Program-made: the position numbers and the translations under genes
The notes under the pieces: generated by a model
What the model was told of the DNA's origin: nothing
Database searches by the model: none
The model's input: the letters and a program-made list of their open reading frames with translations, nothing else
Part shown: one piece after another, positions 1-9,763 of the stretch
Layout of the letters: the number at the start of each line of letters is the position of its first letter
Position numbering within the stretch: position 1 is the first letter of the stretch
Assembly (NCBI GenBank): GCA_964413115.1
Contig: CAYPSQ010000001.1
Coordinates: 36,827 to 99,643 of the forward strand
Length of the DNA: 62,817 nucleotides
Direction of reading: 5' to 3'
Origin: an uncultured Rhizobiaceae bacterium
Lineage (GTDB): Bacteria > Pseudomonadota > Alphaproteobacteria > UBA828

Positions 1-540
1 GCCCTCTACCGCCGCCCACCCTAACAGAGCTCCCCAGTTAAACGTGAGACCAAGGAAGGCTTGTGGCCAATAGGTTATGCGTTTCATGAAGGGGTAGGTA
101 AAAACGAGCACGAGCGATGCGGCGCCGAGAATGATAGCGAATATGTTGAGTTGCAGGAGGATGACCAAGCCAAGCGCCAGCAACAGGACAAAAAATACTG
201 TAGCAGCCCTGACGGTTATCACGCCGGAGGCGATGGGGCGGCTTCGTGTACGCTCGACGCGAGCATCGAAATCGCGATCGACAATATCGTTGAAGACGCA
301 ACCGGCGCTGCGCATCACTAGTGCGCCAGCCGCGAATAGCGCCAGCAATCGCACATCCGGAAGCGCCGGTGCCGCGAGCGCAATACTCCATAAGCCCGGC
401 CACAACAGAAGCCAGGTGCCGATCGGTTTGTCGAGGCGGACAAGTAGAGCAAAGGGCCGCAGGCGGCGCGGCAGAATTGAGATAATAAGGCTCGCGCTGG
501 ACTGCGGCACTGTTTGTTGCGGTGAAGGGCTCGCGATCAT
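1..540 (-). CDS. ubiA: 4-hydroxybenzoate polyprenyltransferase (UbiA family), N-terminal ~180 aa; 3' end runs off the left edge
   Basis: Not in the ORF track because there is no stop in the window. My translation of the minus strand from ATG 540-538 gives MIASPSPQQTVPQSSASLIISILPRRLRPFALLVRLDKPIGTWLLLWPGLWSIALAA...VMRSAGCVFNDIVDRDFDARVERTRSRPIASG...FTYPFMKRITYWPQAFLGLTFNWGALLGW. RLDKPIGTWLLLWP and the NDxxDxxxD prenyl-diphosphate motif are UbiA hallmarks, and hydrophobic helices follow. This call supersedes the Arg/Ser-rich ORFs 38..691(-) and 131..814(+). Confidence 0.85.
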   Translation of the reverse strand, partial: MIASPSPQQTVPQSSASLIISILPRRLRPFALLVRLDKPIGTWLLLWPGLWSIALAAPALPDVRLLALFAAGALVMRSAGCVFNDIVDRDFDARVERTRSRPIASGVITVRAATVFFVLLLALGLVILLQLNIFAIILGAASLVLVFTYPFMKRITYWPQAFLGLTFNWGALLGWAAVEG

Positions 541-594
541 GAGGAATGGTGATATCTTGAGCGCGCGTACGAGACAAGACGGAGTGGCGGTAAG

Positions 595-1368
595 GTGGAT
601 ACGAACAACCAGGCCGGGAGGGGGCATTATGTGCGGATATTTGTCGACGCGCCCTTCGCTGCCGGCGCCAAATTGCCGTTGGGGCGCGCACAAGCGCACT
701 ATCTCGCTAATGTTATGCGTTTTAAGTCGGGCGATACACTCGCCATTTTCAACGGCCGCGATGGCGAGTGGCGCGCCGCTATTGCCGAGATGCGCCGGGA
801 CACCTGCACGCTAGTAGCGGAGGCAGAGACGCAGCGACAACAAGCTGTGACGGGCCCCGTGTTGCTGTTTGCGCCCCTTAAACCGGCGCGCTCAGCAATG
901 TTGATTGAAAAGGGGTGCGAATTGGGGGTCTCAGAATTTTGGCCAATATTCACGCAACATAGCCAGAGTAGGCGGATCAAGCTTGACCGCTACCGTGCGC
1001 ACGCCGTAGAGGCTGCCGAACAATGTGGTCGGATGGATGTGCCGCTGGTGCGGCCGCTCGCGTCGCTCGAAACGTTGTTGAGTGCTTGGCCTTCGGCGCG
1101 GCAGCTGCTGTTTTGCGACGAGGCAGGCGGGCCGCCGGCGCATGATGTTCTCCGCGCTGCGCCGCCTGCACTTTGGGCTATCTTGGTGGGCCCTGAAGGT
1201 GGTTTTTCGTTGCAAGAAAGAACGCTCATAAGGTCGCACCCATTTTGCGTTCCGGTGTCGCTCGGCCCACGCATATTACGGGCTGAGACCGCCGCTGTCG
1301 CAGTGCTCAGTCTATGGCAAGCTACCGTCGGGGACTTGCGGGCCAAAAGTTCCGACCCCATTTCATAG
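595..1368 (+). CDS. rsmE: 16S rRNA (uracil1498-N3)-methyltransferase RsmE
   Basis: 257-aa ORF. N-terminal ...RIFVDAPFAAGAKLPLGRAQAHYLANVMRFKSGDTLAIFNGRDGEW... and C-terminal SPOUT region ...ILVGPEGGFSLQE...VSLGPRILRAETAA... are typical of RsmE. The true start may be the in-frame GTG at 631. Confidence 0.85.
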   Translation: MDTNNQAGRGHYVRIFVDAPFAAGAKLPLGRAQAHYLANVMRFKSGDTLAIFNGRDGEWRAAIAEMRRDTCTLVAEAETQRQQAVTGPVLLFAPLKPARSAMLIEKGCELGVSEFWPIFTQHSQSRRIKLDRYRAHAVEAAEQCGRMDVPLVRPLASLETLLSAWPSARQLLFCDEAGGPPAHDVLRAAPPALWAILVGPEGGFSLQERTLIRSHPFCVPVSLGPRILRAETAAVAVLSLWQATVGDLRAKSSDPIS

Positions 1369-1447
1369 CCTTGCAGCCATAGCCTATTCGTCGTATCAGG
1401 AGGCGCGTAATAAAACGTCGCCGAAATTTATTGGTTTCAGAACGCCC

Positions 1448-2815
1448 ATGAACGATATCGCCCGTCCGCCCCGCCAGGAGGCTATCGAAAAACGCGACCT
1501 GTTGGCTTATGTGGAATCTGGCTGCAAACCACGCGCCCAATGGGCGATCGGGACGGAGCACGAAAAATTCGGTTACAACTTGATAGATCTTGAGCCGTTG
1601 CCGTACGACGGCCCGGCCGGAATCCGCGCAATGTTGGAGGGGCTGCAACGCTACAAGTGGAAGCCCTACATGGAGGGCGACAATATCATCGCGCTTACCG
1701 GAGAAGATGGCTCTTCCGTATCGTTGGAACCGGGCGGGCAGTTTGAGTTGTCAGGCGCACCGCTGCCAAACTTGCATCGCGTCTGCGATGAAGTGCACAC
1801 CCATCTTGATCAAGTGGCGAGCATCGCCAAGGATTTGGGCGTTGGGTTTTTCGGGCTTGGCTTCCAGCCTAAATGCCGGCGGGAGGATATCTCGTGGATG
1901 CCCAAGGGCCGTTACGCGATCATGCGCCGCTATATGCCGACAAAGGGCGATCTCGGACTCGATATGATGACGCGCACGTGCACCGTACAGGTCAATCTCG
2001 ATTTCGATAGTGAAGCTGATATGGTACGTAAGTTGCGGATCTCGCTGGCGTTGCAGCCGGTTGCCGTGGCGCTATTCGCTAATTCACCCTTCGTGGAAGG
2101 CAAGCCAAGCGGCTATTTGAGTTACCGCAGCCATGTCTGGACACGCACTGACCCGGAGCGCTGTGGCCTGCTACCTTTCGCCTTCGAGGACGGCATGGGC
2201 TTCGAGCGCTATGTTGATTATGTGCTCGATGTGCCGATGTATTTCGTGCTCCGCGACGGGAAATATATTGACGTATCGGGCTGTTCTTTCCGCGATTTTC
2301 TGGCCGGAAAGCTGCCCGGCTTAGAAGGTGAGCGCCCGACGATCAAGGATTGGGAAGATCACATGACGACGATTTTCCCCGAGGTTCGCATCAAACGCTA
2401 CATGGAGGTACGGGGAGCAGATGGTGGGCCGTGGGGGCGGCTTTGTGCCCTGCCGGCACTTTGGGTAGGGCTTCTTTACGACAGCACAGCGTTGTCCGAG
2501 GTGGAGGCGCTATGCCGCGAATGGTCGCATGACGAAATCTCGGGCGCGCATGTAGATGTGGCGCGGAACGGCTTTAAAACGGAGCTGGGCGGGCGCGCGA
2601 TAGGTGAAATTGCCCGCGATGCGGTGCGCATTGCCCGCGACGGGTTACAGCGTCGCGCTGTAGCCGGTAATCACGACTCCGACGAGCGAGGCTATCTAAC
2701 AACTCTTCAACAAATTGCCGAAACGGGCCGCACACCGGCGGAAGAATTACTCGACGCCTATGAGACGCGTTGGAACAGGAGCGTCGATCCGCTGTTTGAG
2801 GAATATGCCTACTGA
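1448..2815 (+). CDS. gshA: glutamate--cysteine ligase, family 2 (plant/alphaproteobacterial type)
   Basis: 455-aa ORF with ...WAIGTEHEKFGY..., ...MTRTCTVQVNLDF... and ...IFPEVRIKRYMEVRGADGGP..., characteristic of GCS2-type GshA. Confidence 0.9.
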   Translation: MNDIARPPRQEAIEKRDLLAYVESGCKPRAQWAIGTEHEKFGYNLIDLEPLPYDGPAGIRAMLEGLQRYKWKPYMEGDNIIALTGEDGSSVSLEPGGQFELSGAPLPNLHRVCDEVHTHLDQVASIAKDLGVGFFGLGFQPKCRREDISWMPKGRYAIMRRYMPTKGDLGLDMMTRTCTVQVNLDFDSEADMVRKLRISLALQPVAVALFANSPFVEGKPSGYLSYRSHVWTRTDPERCGLLPFAFEDGMGFERYVDYVLDVPMYFVLRDGKYIDVSGCSFRDFLAGKLPGLEGERPTIKDWEDHMTTIFPEVRIKRYMEVRGADGGPWGRLCALPALWVGLLYDSTALSEVEALCREWSHDEISGAHVDVARNGFKTELGGRAIGEIARDAVRIARDGLQRRAVAGNHDSDERGYLTTLQQIAETGRTPAEELLDAYETRWNRSVDPLFEEYAY

Positions 2816-2848
2816 ACGCGCGCCTTTAATCGCCGGTCGGGAACGAAA

Positions 2849-4030
2849 ATGACTTATCGGGTCAATCCGCTATTTTCCGCCGTTGCGCCGCCGCCCATTG
2901 CTGAAGCATGGAGTTGGGTTGCGGGCCGGACGTTCCCCGACAACAAACCGTTGATCGACCTTGCCCAAGCGGAGCCGAGCTATCCGCCGGCTCCAGAACT
3001 TCTGCAACATCTGGCAGAAATTGTTCAACAGCCCGAATCCTCGCGCTATACCCCCATTCAAGGCACCCCTGAATTACGCACCGCGTTTGCTGCTGATCTG
3101 ACTGAATTTTATGGCGCGAACGTCACGGCGGCTGAGGTCAGCATCTCGGCGGGCTGCAACCAGTCCTTTTGTCTCGCCTTGATGGCCCTGGCCGGATCAG
3201 GCGACGAAGTAATTTTACCGGCGCCATACTATTTTAATCACAACATGTGGCTAAACATGTTGGGCGTAAAGACCGTCCCGCTGCTTTTTCAGGCTGCCGA
3301 AGGCGGCATTCCTGATGTTGAAGAGGCCGCGCGGAAAATTACCGCTCAGACTCGCGCGATCATACTCGTCAGCCCCAACAATCCGACTGGTGCAATCTAT
3401 CCGCCTGAAGTAATCCTCGAATTTTTTGAATTGGCGCAGGATCGCGGCATCGCGCTGGTGCTGGATGAGACCTATAAGGATTATCTCCCGAACGAAGATG
3501 CCCCGCACGCGCTGCTGCAAGAACCCGGATGGCGAGAAACGTTGATCCAACTGTTCAGCTTTTCAAAAGTCTATGCCATCACCGGACACCGGGTCGGCGG
3601 GTTGGTGGCAGGGTCGGAGATCTCTGCGGAGATTGCCAAGGCAATGGACTGCGTAGCGATTTGTGCGCCAGCGATTGGCCAGGCGGCGGCGCTCTTCGCT
3701 TTGCAGAATCTGGGTCGCTGGAAGCGCGAGAAACGCCGTCTCAGCCTGGCACGCCTCGAGGCTCTAAACCATGCTATGGCGCGCAATGAACTCGAGTATC
3801 AAGTCGTCTGCGCCGGCGCATTTTTTGCCTATGTGCGACACCCTCATGCGGGCAAAAGTGCTAGTGAAGTGGCGCGAAGGCTAGCAGACGAATATAATAT
3901 GTTGTGTCTCCCTGGCACGTTCTTTGGCTCCGACCAGGAAAGCTACCTGCGATTTTCATTCGCAAATGTTGAAGCCAACAGAATGAACGAGATTGCTGCG
4001 CGACTAGTAGACAGCCAGGACGCATTCTAA
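2849..4030 (+). CDS. PLP-dependent aminotransferase, class I/II (substrate not assignable)
   Basis: 393-aa ORF with ...ILVSPNNPTGAIY..., ...LVLDETYKDY... and the PLP-lysine motif ...FSFSKVYAITGHRVGG.... Confidence 0.8.
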   Translation: MTYRVNPLFSAVAPPPIAEAWSWVAGRTFPDNKPLIDLAQAEPSYPPAPELLQHLAEIVQQPESSRYTPIQGTPELRTAFAADLTEFYGANVTAAEVSISAGCNQSFCLALMALAGSGDEVILPAPYYFNHNMWLNMLGVKTVPLLFQAAEGGIPDVEEAARKITAQTRAIILVSPNNPTGAIYPPEVILEFFELAQDRGIALVLDETYKDYLPNEDAPHALLQEPGWRETLIQLFSFSKVYAITGHRVGGLVAGSEISAEIAKAMDCVAICAPAIGQAAALFALQNLGRWKREKRRLSLARLEALNHAMARNELEYQVVCAGAFFAYVRHPHAGKSASEVARRLADEYNMLCLPGTFFGSDQESYLRFSFANVEANRMNEIAARLVDSQDAF

Positions 4031-4330
4031 ATGTCAGATGACTTGGATAGCGAGAATGCCCACAAGCTTGATAAAGTAAACGCTCCAAAATTGCGCATCT
4101 ATAACATCGACAGGTTCAGAAGCCCGGATACGACCTATTCGCTCTAAAGGAATAGAGTCATGGGCGGCCCGCTACGCGAGTGATCTCTAAGTTTCGTGTG
4201 CTATATCAACTAAGGCTGCCCACTTGATATCATCACACCAGAAAAATCCATGGCTATGGTACGTAGTACGACGGTAGCTGAAGAACCGGCCGCCACGGAC
4301 AAATTGGTAATGCTGGATTGCTGGTGTTGA

Positions 4331-5800
4331 TTAGGTCTCAGTCCCGCCGACTGTAATGCCATCTACCAATATGGTCGGCAGACCGACGCCGACCGGCACG
4401 CCCTGGCCTGCTTTCCCGCACGTGCCGACGCCAGGGTCGAGGGCAAAATCATTACCGATCGCGCTCACCCTGGTCAGGACATCCGGGCCATTGCCGATCA
4501 AGCTAGCGCCTTTCAGCGGCGCAGTGATTTTGCCGCCCTCGATGAGGTATGCCTCCGATGCTGAAAAGACGAATTTTCCTGACGTAATATCGACCTGGCC
4601 GCCGCCGAAATTGCGCGCATAAATACCGCGCTTTGTTTCGCCTATAATTTCCTCAGGGTCGCGCTTGCCGGCCAGCATAAACGTGTTAGTCATGCGTGGC
4701 AGAGGTGCGTGGGCGAAACTTTCGCGTCTACCATTGCCAGTTGGTTCCATGCTCATGAGGCGAGCGTTCATGCGGTCTTGCAGGTAACCACGGAGAATCC
4801 CGTTTTCAATCAGGGTGGTGGAGCTACTTGGTGTGCCTTCATCATCGATGGTAAGCGAGCCTCGCCGATCATCGATTGTGCCATCATCGATCACCGTCAC
4901 ACCATCCGCTGCGACCCGTTCGCCTAGAAGGCCGGCAAAAGCAGATGTTTTCTTGCGGTTAAAATCGCCCTCGAGGCCATGTCCGATGGCTTCATGCAAC
5001 AGGATACCAGGCCAGCCTGGCCCAAGAACCACGGGAAACTCTCCAGCGGGCGCCGGCACCGATTCCAAGTTAACCAATGCTTGGCGTAGGGCTTCGTCAA
5101 CCTGAGCATGCCAGCTGGTTGGTGTTATATAGGTCTCATAGTTCGAGCGCCCGCCGATTCCATGAGATCCGGTCTCCCGGCGCTCACCGTCCTTCACCAT
5201 GAGTGAGACATTAAGACGTACCAAGGGGCGGATGTCGGCCGCCCGTAGCCCGTCAGACCGGATAATCTGCACTGCTTGCCATTCACCGGTGAGCGAAATC
5301 ATGACTTGGTCAACGCGTGGATCGCTATTCCGCGCATAGGCGTCTATATCGCTAAGCAGAGTGATCTTATCCTCGAACGGTGTCGCGGTCAGAGGATTAG
5401 ACTCTGAATAAAGCGAGCGATTCGTCGGCTGTGGCCCCTCCGCTGAGACGCCCGCGTAACCTGTGCGTACCGCTTTGACAGTTTCGGCGGCGCGCCGGAT
5501 CGCGTCTTCGCTAAGCTCCGAAGCATGGGCGTAGCCGGTAGCTTCATCGGCAATCGCGCGCAGTCCAAAACCCTGCACGGTATCGAAGCTGGCGCTTTTG
5601 AGGCGACCGTCGTCGAACGACAAGCCTTCACTTTGGCGGTATTCCAGAAACAATTCGCCGTCATCCATGCCAGCGAGCGCATTTTCGACGATGCCTTCCG
5701 TGCGCGTCTTGTCGAGCCCCGCGCGATTGAAAAATAAATCGTCGGTGACTTTAAATTCGGTCATGGCATTTTTCCGATCATGGCTTCGATAGCCGTTCAT
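4331..5800 (-). CDS. tldD: metalloprotease TldD
   Basis: 489-aa ORF with HEAIGHGLEGD and C-terminal ...GVGTCGKAGQGVPVG.... An alternative start is ATG 5764 (MTEFKV...). Confidence 0.9.
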   Translation of the reverse strand: MNGYRSHDRKNAMTEFKVTDDLFFNRAGLDKTRTEGIVENALAGMDDGELFLEYRQSEGLSFDDGRLKSASFDTVQGFGLRAIADEATGYAHASELSEDAIRRAAETVKAVRTGYAGVSAEGPQPTNRSLYSESNPLTATPFEDKITLLSDIDAYARNSDPRVDQVMISLTGEWQAVQIIRSDGLRAADIRPLVRLNVSLMVKDGERRETGSHGIGGRSNYETYITPTSWHAQVDEALRQALVNLESVPAPAGEFPVVLGPGWPGILLHEAIGHGLEGDFNRKKTSAFAGLLGERVAADGVTVIDDGTIDDRRGSLTIDDEGTPSSSTTLIENGILRGYLQDRMNARLMSMEPTGNGRRESFAHAPLPRMTNTFMLAGKRDPEEIIGETKRGIYARNFGGGQVDITSGKFVFSASEAYLIEGGKITAPLKGASLIGNGPDVLTRVSAIGNDFALDPGVGTCGKAGQGVPVGVGLPTILVDGITVGGTET

Positions 5801-6192
5801 ATGACAGTGAAATCATCGTGCGCCAAGCGCGGTGGGCTATTTTTTTCTGGTTTTACCGCTTCTAAGACGCATACACAGTGCAAAAGCGCGACAATTCGAC
5901 GCAGGTATAATTAATTGCGGCTACATTTTGGTCCGGCATAGCGTGGCTGTCACGCCTAATTATTTCATAATATCAATATGTTAATAGATTGCCATCTCTC
6001 TATGATGAGCGAAGGGGGCGCCAAACCGACAAATTAGGTGTATCTCGTCAATTTAGGGCCTGTAATGGCTTACATCCGTGGCCCACTGCAATTATAGTCT
6101 GGCCTCGCTAGTCTGAGGATTCGGAGCGATCCACCTCGGCCTGACGCCAAGCAAAACGGCTGTTCACGCCATCGGCGGGGCGAAGGAAAACG

Positions 6193-7038
6193 ATGATGTT
6201 TAAAACAAGACTGATCGCGTTTGCGGTCTTCTTCTCGACGATCTTGGTTGGCACCGGCGCCAGCATGGCACAGGCGCCTGAGGACTGGCAGTTGGGGTTT
6301 CAGGACTCGCACAGCCCAACGATGGACCGGATCCTTAGCTTGAACGACATAATGTTTTGGATTTGCATCGCCATATGCGTGGTCGTTATGGGCCTGATGT
6401 TATACATCTTTGTGCGGTTTAACCGTAAGAGAAACCCAACGCCGCAAAAATTCACCCATAACTCTCTTATCGAAGTGCTCTGGACCGTCATTCCGGTGAT
6501 CGTTCTTGTAGCGATCGCTATACCGTCGTTCCGCTTACTCTATTTCATGGACCGAACTTCGGAAGCGGAGATGACCATCAAGGCGATTGGACATCAATGG
6601 TACTGGACCTACGAATATCCCGATTTGGGTGAAGACATCTCGTTCGACGCAGTCATGCTAGAGGAAGATGAGTTATCGGAGGGACAGTTCAGGCTGCTTG
6701 AAACTGACGAAACCGTTGTCGTCCCAGTCGACACAAATATTCGTCTTCTAGTGACGGCGGATGACGTCCTCCACGCTTGGACCATCCCCTCGTTCGGCAT
6801 TAAAATCGACGCTGTACCCGGGCGGATTAATGAAGGTTGGTTCCGTGTAGATGCGGAAGGAACTTACTACGGCCAATGCTCTGAACTATGTGGTCGAGAC
6901 CATGGTTTCATGCCGATACGGGTCGAAGCGGTCTCGAAGGAAGCTTACGCCGAGTGGGCAGCGTACGCCCAGGAAGAATACGCCAGCAATAACGGCAATG
7001 AGGGCGTCACAGTCGCACATTTAGAGTCGGCTGATTGA
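6193..7038 (+). CDS. coxB: cytochrome c oxidase (aa3) subunit II
   Basis: 281 aa with a signal-like N-terminus, two TM helices and the CuA centre ...HAWTIPSFGIKIDAVPGRINEGWF...YYGQCSELCGRDHGFMPI.... Confidence 0.95.
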   Translation: MMFKTRLIAFAVFFSTILVGTGASMAQAPEDWQLGFQDSHSPTMDRILSLNDIMFWICIAICVVVMGLMLYIFVRFNRKRNPTPQKFTHNSLIEVLWTVIPVIVLVAIAIPSFRLLYFMDRTSEAEMTIKAIGHQWYWTYEYPDLGEDISFDAVMLEEDELSEGQFRLLETDETVVVPVDTNIRLLVTADDVLHAWTIPSFGIKIDAVPGRINEGWFRVDAEGTYYGQCSELCGRDHGFMPIRVEAVSKEAYAEWAAYAQEEYASNNGNEGVTVAHLESAD

Positions 7039-7061
7039 GCGGCTAAGGAAGGATTTAATTA

Positions 7062-8675
7062 ATGGCTCATAGCGAAGCAGGACACGGCGCTCACGAAGCT
7101 CATCATACGCCAACGGGCATTACCCGGTGGCTGTATTCCACCAACCACAAAGATATTGGCACGATGTACCTTGTCTTTGCCATTATCATGGGTGTGGTTG
7201 GTGCGGCGCTTTCTATCATGATGCGCATGGAACTCAGCGCGCCGGGAATGCAAATTTTTGCCGACAATCCGCATTATTTTAACGTCTTCGTTACCGCGCA
7301 CGGTTTGATCATGGTTTTCTTCTTTGTCATGCCGGCGTTTATCGGCGGTATGGGCAATTGGATGGTCCCGTTAATGATCGGCGCGCCGGATATGGCGTTT
7401 CCGCGCATGAACAACATTAGTTTTTGGCTATTGGTTCCAGCTGGTGCGCTGCTTGTGGGCTCGCTCTTTGTGCCGAGTACGGCGGGAGGCGCCACCGGGG
7501 TCGGTGGTGGTTGGACGATTTATGCACCTCTATCGACAAGCGGACAGCCGGGGCCGGCGATGGATATGGCTATATTTGCGCTGCATCTCGCTGGCGCCTC
7601 TTCCATTCTGGGCGCCATCAATTTTATTACCACCATTCTGAATATGCGGGCGCCGGGCATGACGCTGCATAAGATGCCGCTATTTTCTTGGTCTATTCTG
7701 GTGACAGCATTCCTGCTTCTGCTCTCACTGCCGGTTTTAGCTGGCGCCATCACGATGTTGCTGACGGACCGCAATGTAGGGACCACATTCTTTGATCCAG
7801 CTGGCGGCGGTGATCCAGTCCTATTTCAGCATCTGTTCTGGTTCTTCGGCCATCCTGAAGTCTACATTCTGATCCTGCCGGGCTTCGGCATCGCCAGCCA
7901 TATTGTATCGACTTTTTCGAGAAAGCCCGTATTCGGCTATCTCGGCATGGCTTATGCAATGGTTGCGATCGGCTTTATCGGTTTCGTGGTGTGGGCACAC
8001 CACATGTATACGGTCGGGATGGACGTAAATACCCGGGCTTATTTCATTGCTGCGACGATGGTAATTGCGGTGCCTACAGGCATCAAAATTTTCAGCTGGC
8101 TGGCGACCATGTGGGGTGGCTCGATAGAGTTCAAAACACCGTTGTTGTGGGTGCTGGGCTTTATCTTCTTATTTACCGTTGGTGGCGTGACCGGAATTGT
8201 ATTGTCTAACGCCGGTATCGATATCGCCCTGCACGATACATATTATGTGGTCGGCCATTTCCATTACACCATGTCAATTGGCGCCGCATTCCTGATCTTC
8301 GCCGGATTCTATTATTGGTTCGGCAAGATGTGCGGCAGGCAATATCCGGAGATGCTTGGCAAGATACACTTTTGGATCTCGTTCATTGGCGTAAATGTGA
8401 CGTTTTTCCCAATGCACTTCCTTGGCGCCGCCGGCATGCCGCGCCGTATTCCGGATTATCCTGACGCCTTTGCGGGGTGGAATATGGTTGCCTCGATCGG
8501 GTCCCTGATCTCCGCGGTCGGTATTCTGTTGTTCCTCTTCATTGTGTTCTACACCCTAGCTCGGGGTAAAAAATGCGAAGCTAACCCCTGGGGTGAGGGT
8601 GCAGATACGTTAGAATGGACAGTCGAATCACCGGCCCCGTTTCATACCCACGAAGAACTGCCGCGTGTCCGTTGA
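7062..8675 (+). CDS. ctaD: cytochrome c oxidase subunit I
   Basis: 537 aa, polytopic, with ...[15 protein letters not shown]..., ...[17 protein letters not shown]..., ...HHMYTVGMD... and ...[10 protein letters not shown].... Confidence 0.97.
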   Translation: MAHSEAGHGAHEAHHTPTGITRWLYSTNHKDIGTMYLVFAIIMGVVGAALSIMMRMELSAPGMQIFADNPHYFNVFVTAHGLIMVFFFVMPAFIGGMGNWMVPLMIGAPDMAFPRMNNISFWLLVPAGALLVGSLFVPSTAGGATGVGGGWTIYAPLSTSGQPGPAMDMAIFALHLAGASSILGAINFITTILNMRAPGMTLHKMPLFSWSILVTAFLLLLSLPVLAGAITMLLTDRNVGTTFFDPAGGGDPVLFQHLFWFFGHPEVYILILPGFGIASHIVSTFSRKPVFGYLGMAYAMVAIGFIGFVVWAHHMYTVGMDVNTRAYFIAATMVIAVPTGIKIFSWLATMWGGSIEFKTPLLWVLGFIFLFTVGGVTGIVLSNAGIDIALHDTYYVVGHFHYTMSIGAAFLIFAGFYYWFGKMCGRQYPEMLGKIHFWISFIGVNVTFFPMHFLGAAGMPRRIPDYPDAFAGWNMVASIGSLISAVGILLFLFIVFYTLARGKKCEANPWGEGADTLEWTVESPAPFHTHEELPRVR

Positions 8676-8705
8676 TCGTGTCGGCATTGCCGGAGGTTTG
8701 ACAGG

Positions 8706-9626
8706 GTGATAGCTACAGATTACCCGGTGGCAGGTGCGGCGTCAGAGCGCTACAGTGAAGAGATTGCGCTCGGTGATTTTGTGGCGCTTCTTAAGCCGCG
8801 GGTTATGTCGCTTGTGGTTTTCACAGGCGCTGTCGGCATGCTGCTGGCGCCGGGCACATTGCATCCGGTACTTGCTGTCGTGGCTATCCTCTGTATTGCG
8901 GTGGGCGCTGGTGCTGCCGGGGCCATCAACATGTGGTATGACCGCGACATCGATGCCTTGATGATGCGCACTCGGAACCGGCCAATACCAGCGGGCCGTA
9001 TGGCGCCAAACGTCGCGCTCGGATTCGGCATTACCTTGGCTGTGGCTTCAGTTTCCATTATGGCGCTGGCTGTGAACGGCATGGCGGCCGGCCTGCTGGC
9101 TTTCACGATCTTTTTCTACATCGTTATTTACAGTATGGCGTTGAAGCGTCGAACGCCTCAAAACATCGTCATTGGCGGCGCTGCCGGTGCCTTTCCACCA
9201 ATGATTGGGTGGGCAGCTGTAAATGGTGACGTGACACTGGCGTCGGTGGTTCTGTTTGCCATTATCTTCCTGTGGACGCCGCCACATTTTTGGGCTCTGG
9301 CGCTTTACAAACGCAGTGATTATGACAAAGCCGGCGTGCCGATGCTGCCAGTGGTCGCCGGCCGTAAATCGACCGCCTGGCAAATGTTGGCTTACACCGT
9401 CGCGTTGCTGCCTGTCACCTTGCTGCCGTGCGTGATTGGTCTTTCGGGCGCTGTGTACGGTGCTGGCGCTTTGGCACTTGGTTTGGTGTTTATGGGTTAC
9501 TCCGTTAGCGTCATATGTGACGCAGGCGAACGGAGCGCACGTCGCATGTTTCCCTTCTCAATCCTTCATCTTTTTTTGATTTTCGTACTGCTGCTGGTTG
9601 ATCAAATACTACCGGTTGCATTCTAG
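8706..9626 (+). CDS. ctaB: haem O synthase (protohaem IX farnesyltransferase)
   Basis: 306 aa with a GTG start, UbiA superfamily: ...[23 protein letters not shown]... and ...[13 protein letters not shown].... Confidence 0.9.
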   Translation: MIATDYPVAGAASERYSEEIALGDFVALLKPRVMSLVVFTGAVGMLLAPGTLHPVLAVVAILCIAVGAGAAGAINMWYDRDIDALMMRTRNRPIPAGRMAPNVALGFGITLAVASVSIMALAVNGMAAGLLAFTIFFYIVIYSMALKRRTPQNIVIGGAAGAFPPMIGWAAVNGDVTLASVVLFAIIFLWTPPHFWALALYKRSDYDKAGVPMLPVVAGRKSTAWQMLAYTVALLPVTLLPCVIGLSGAVYGAGALALGLVFMGYSVSVICDAGERSARRMFPFSILHLFLIFVLLLVDQILPVAF

Positions 9627-9630
9627 ATCG

Positions 9631-9762
9631 ATGTATCAGGCCATGCCCGACAAAGAATATTATCGCCGCCGCCGCTGGCGGAATTATGCACTGGCTGGCG
9701 TGTTACTTGGGCTTGTGGTGCTGTTTTTCTTCATCACGCTGGCCAGAATGGGGGGGGATTGA
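9631..9762 (+). CDS. small single-TM membrane protein between ctaB and ctaG (CoxF-like position)
   Basis: Below the 60-aa track cut-off. My translation is MYQAMPDKEYYRRRRWRNYALAGVLLGLVVLFFFITLARMGGD*. It has a basic N-terminus and one hydrophobic helix. The ATG lies 4 nt after the ctaB stop, and its stop lies 1 nt before the ctaG ATG. Confidence 0.45.
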   Translation: MYQAMPDKEYYRRRRWRNYALAGVLLGLVVLFFFITLARMGGD

Positions 9763-9763
9763 G

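Noticed and set aside
38-814. Track ORFs 38..691(-), 61..321(+) and 131..814(+) at the left edge
   Set aside because: They have an Arg/Ser/Ala/Cys-rich, low-complexity composition. A third frame on the minus strand gives an unmistakable UbiA N-terminus (1..540), so these are shadow ORFs of ubiA/rsmE.
4250-4330. 26-aa peptide ending in CWC next to tldD, considered as a RiPP/microcin-like precursor
   Set aside because: There are no adjacent modification, immunity or export genes, and no clear RBS. TldD is a housekeeping gene here. I kept it only as a low-interest note within the spacer finding.
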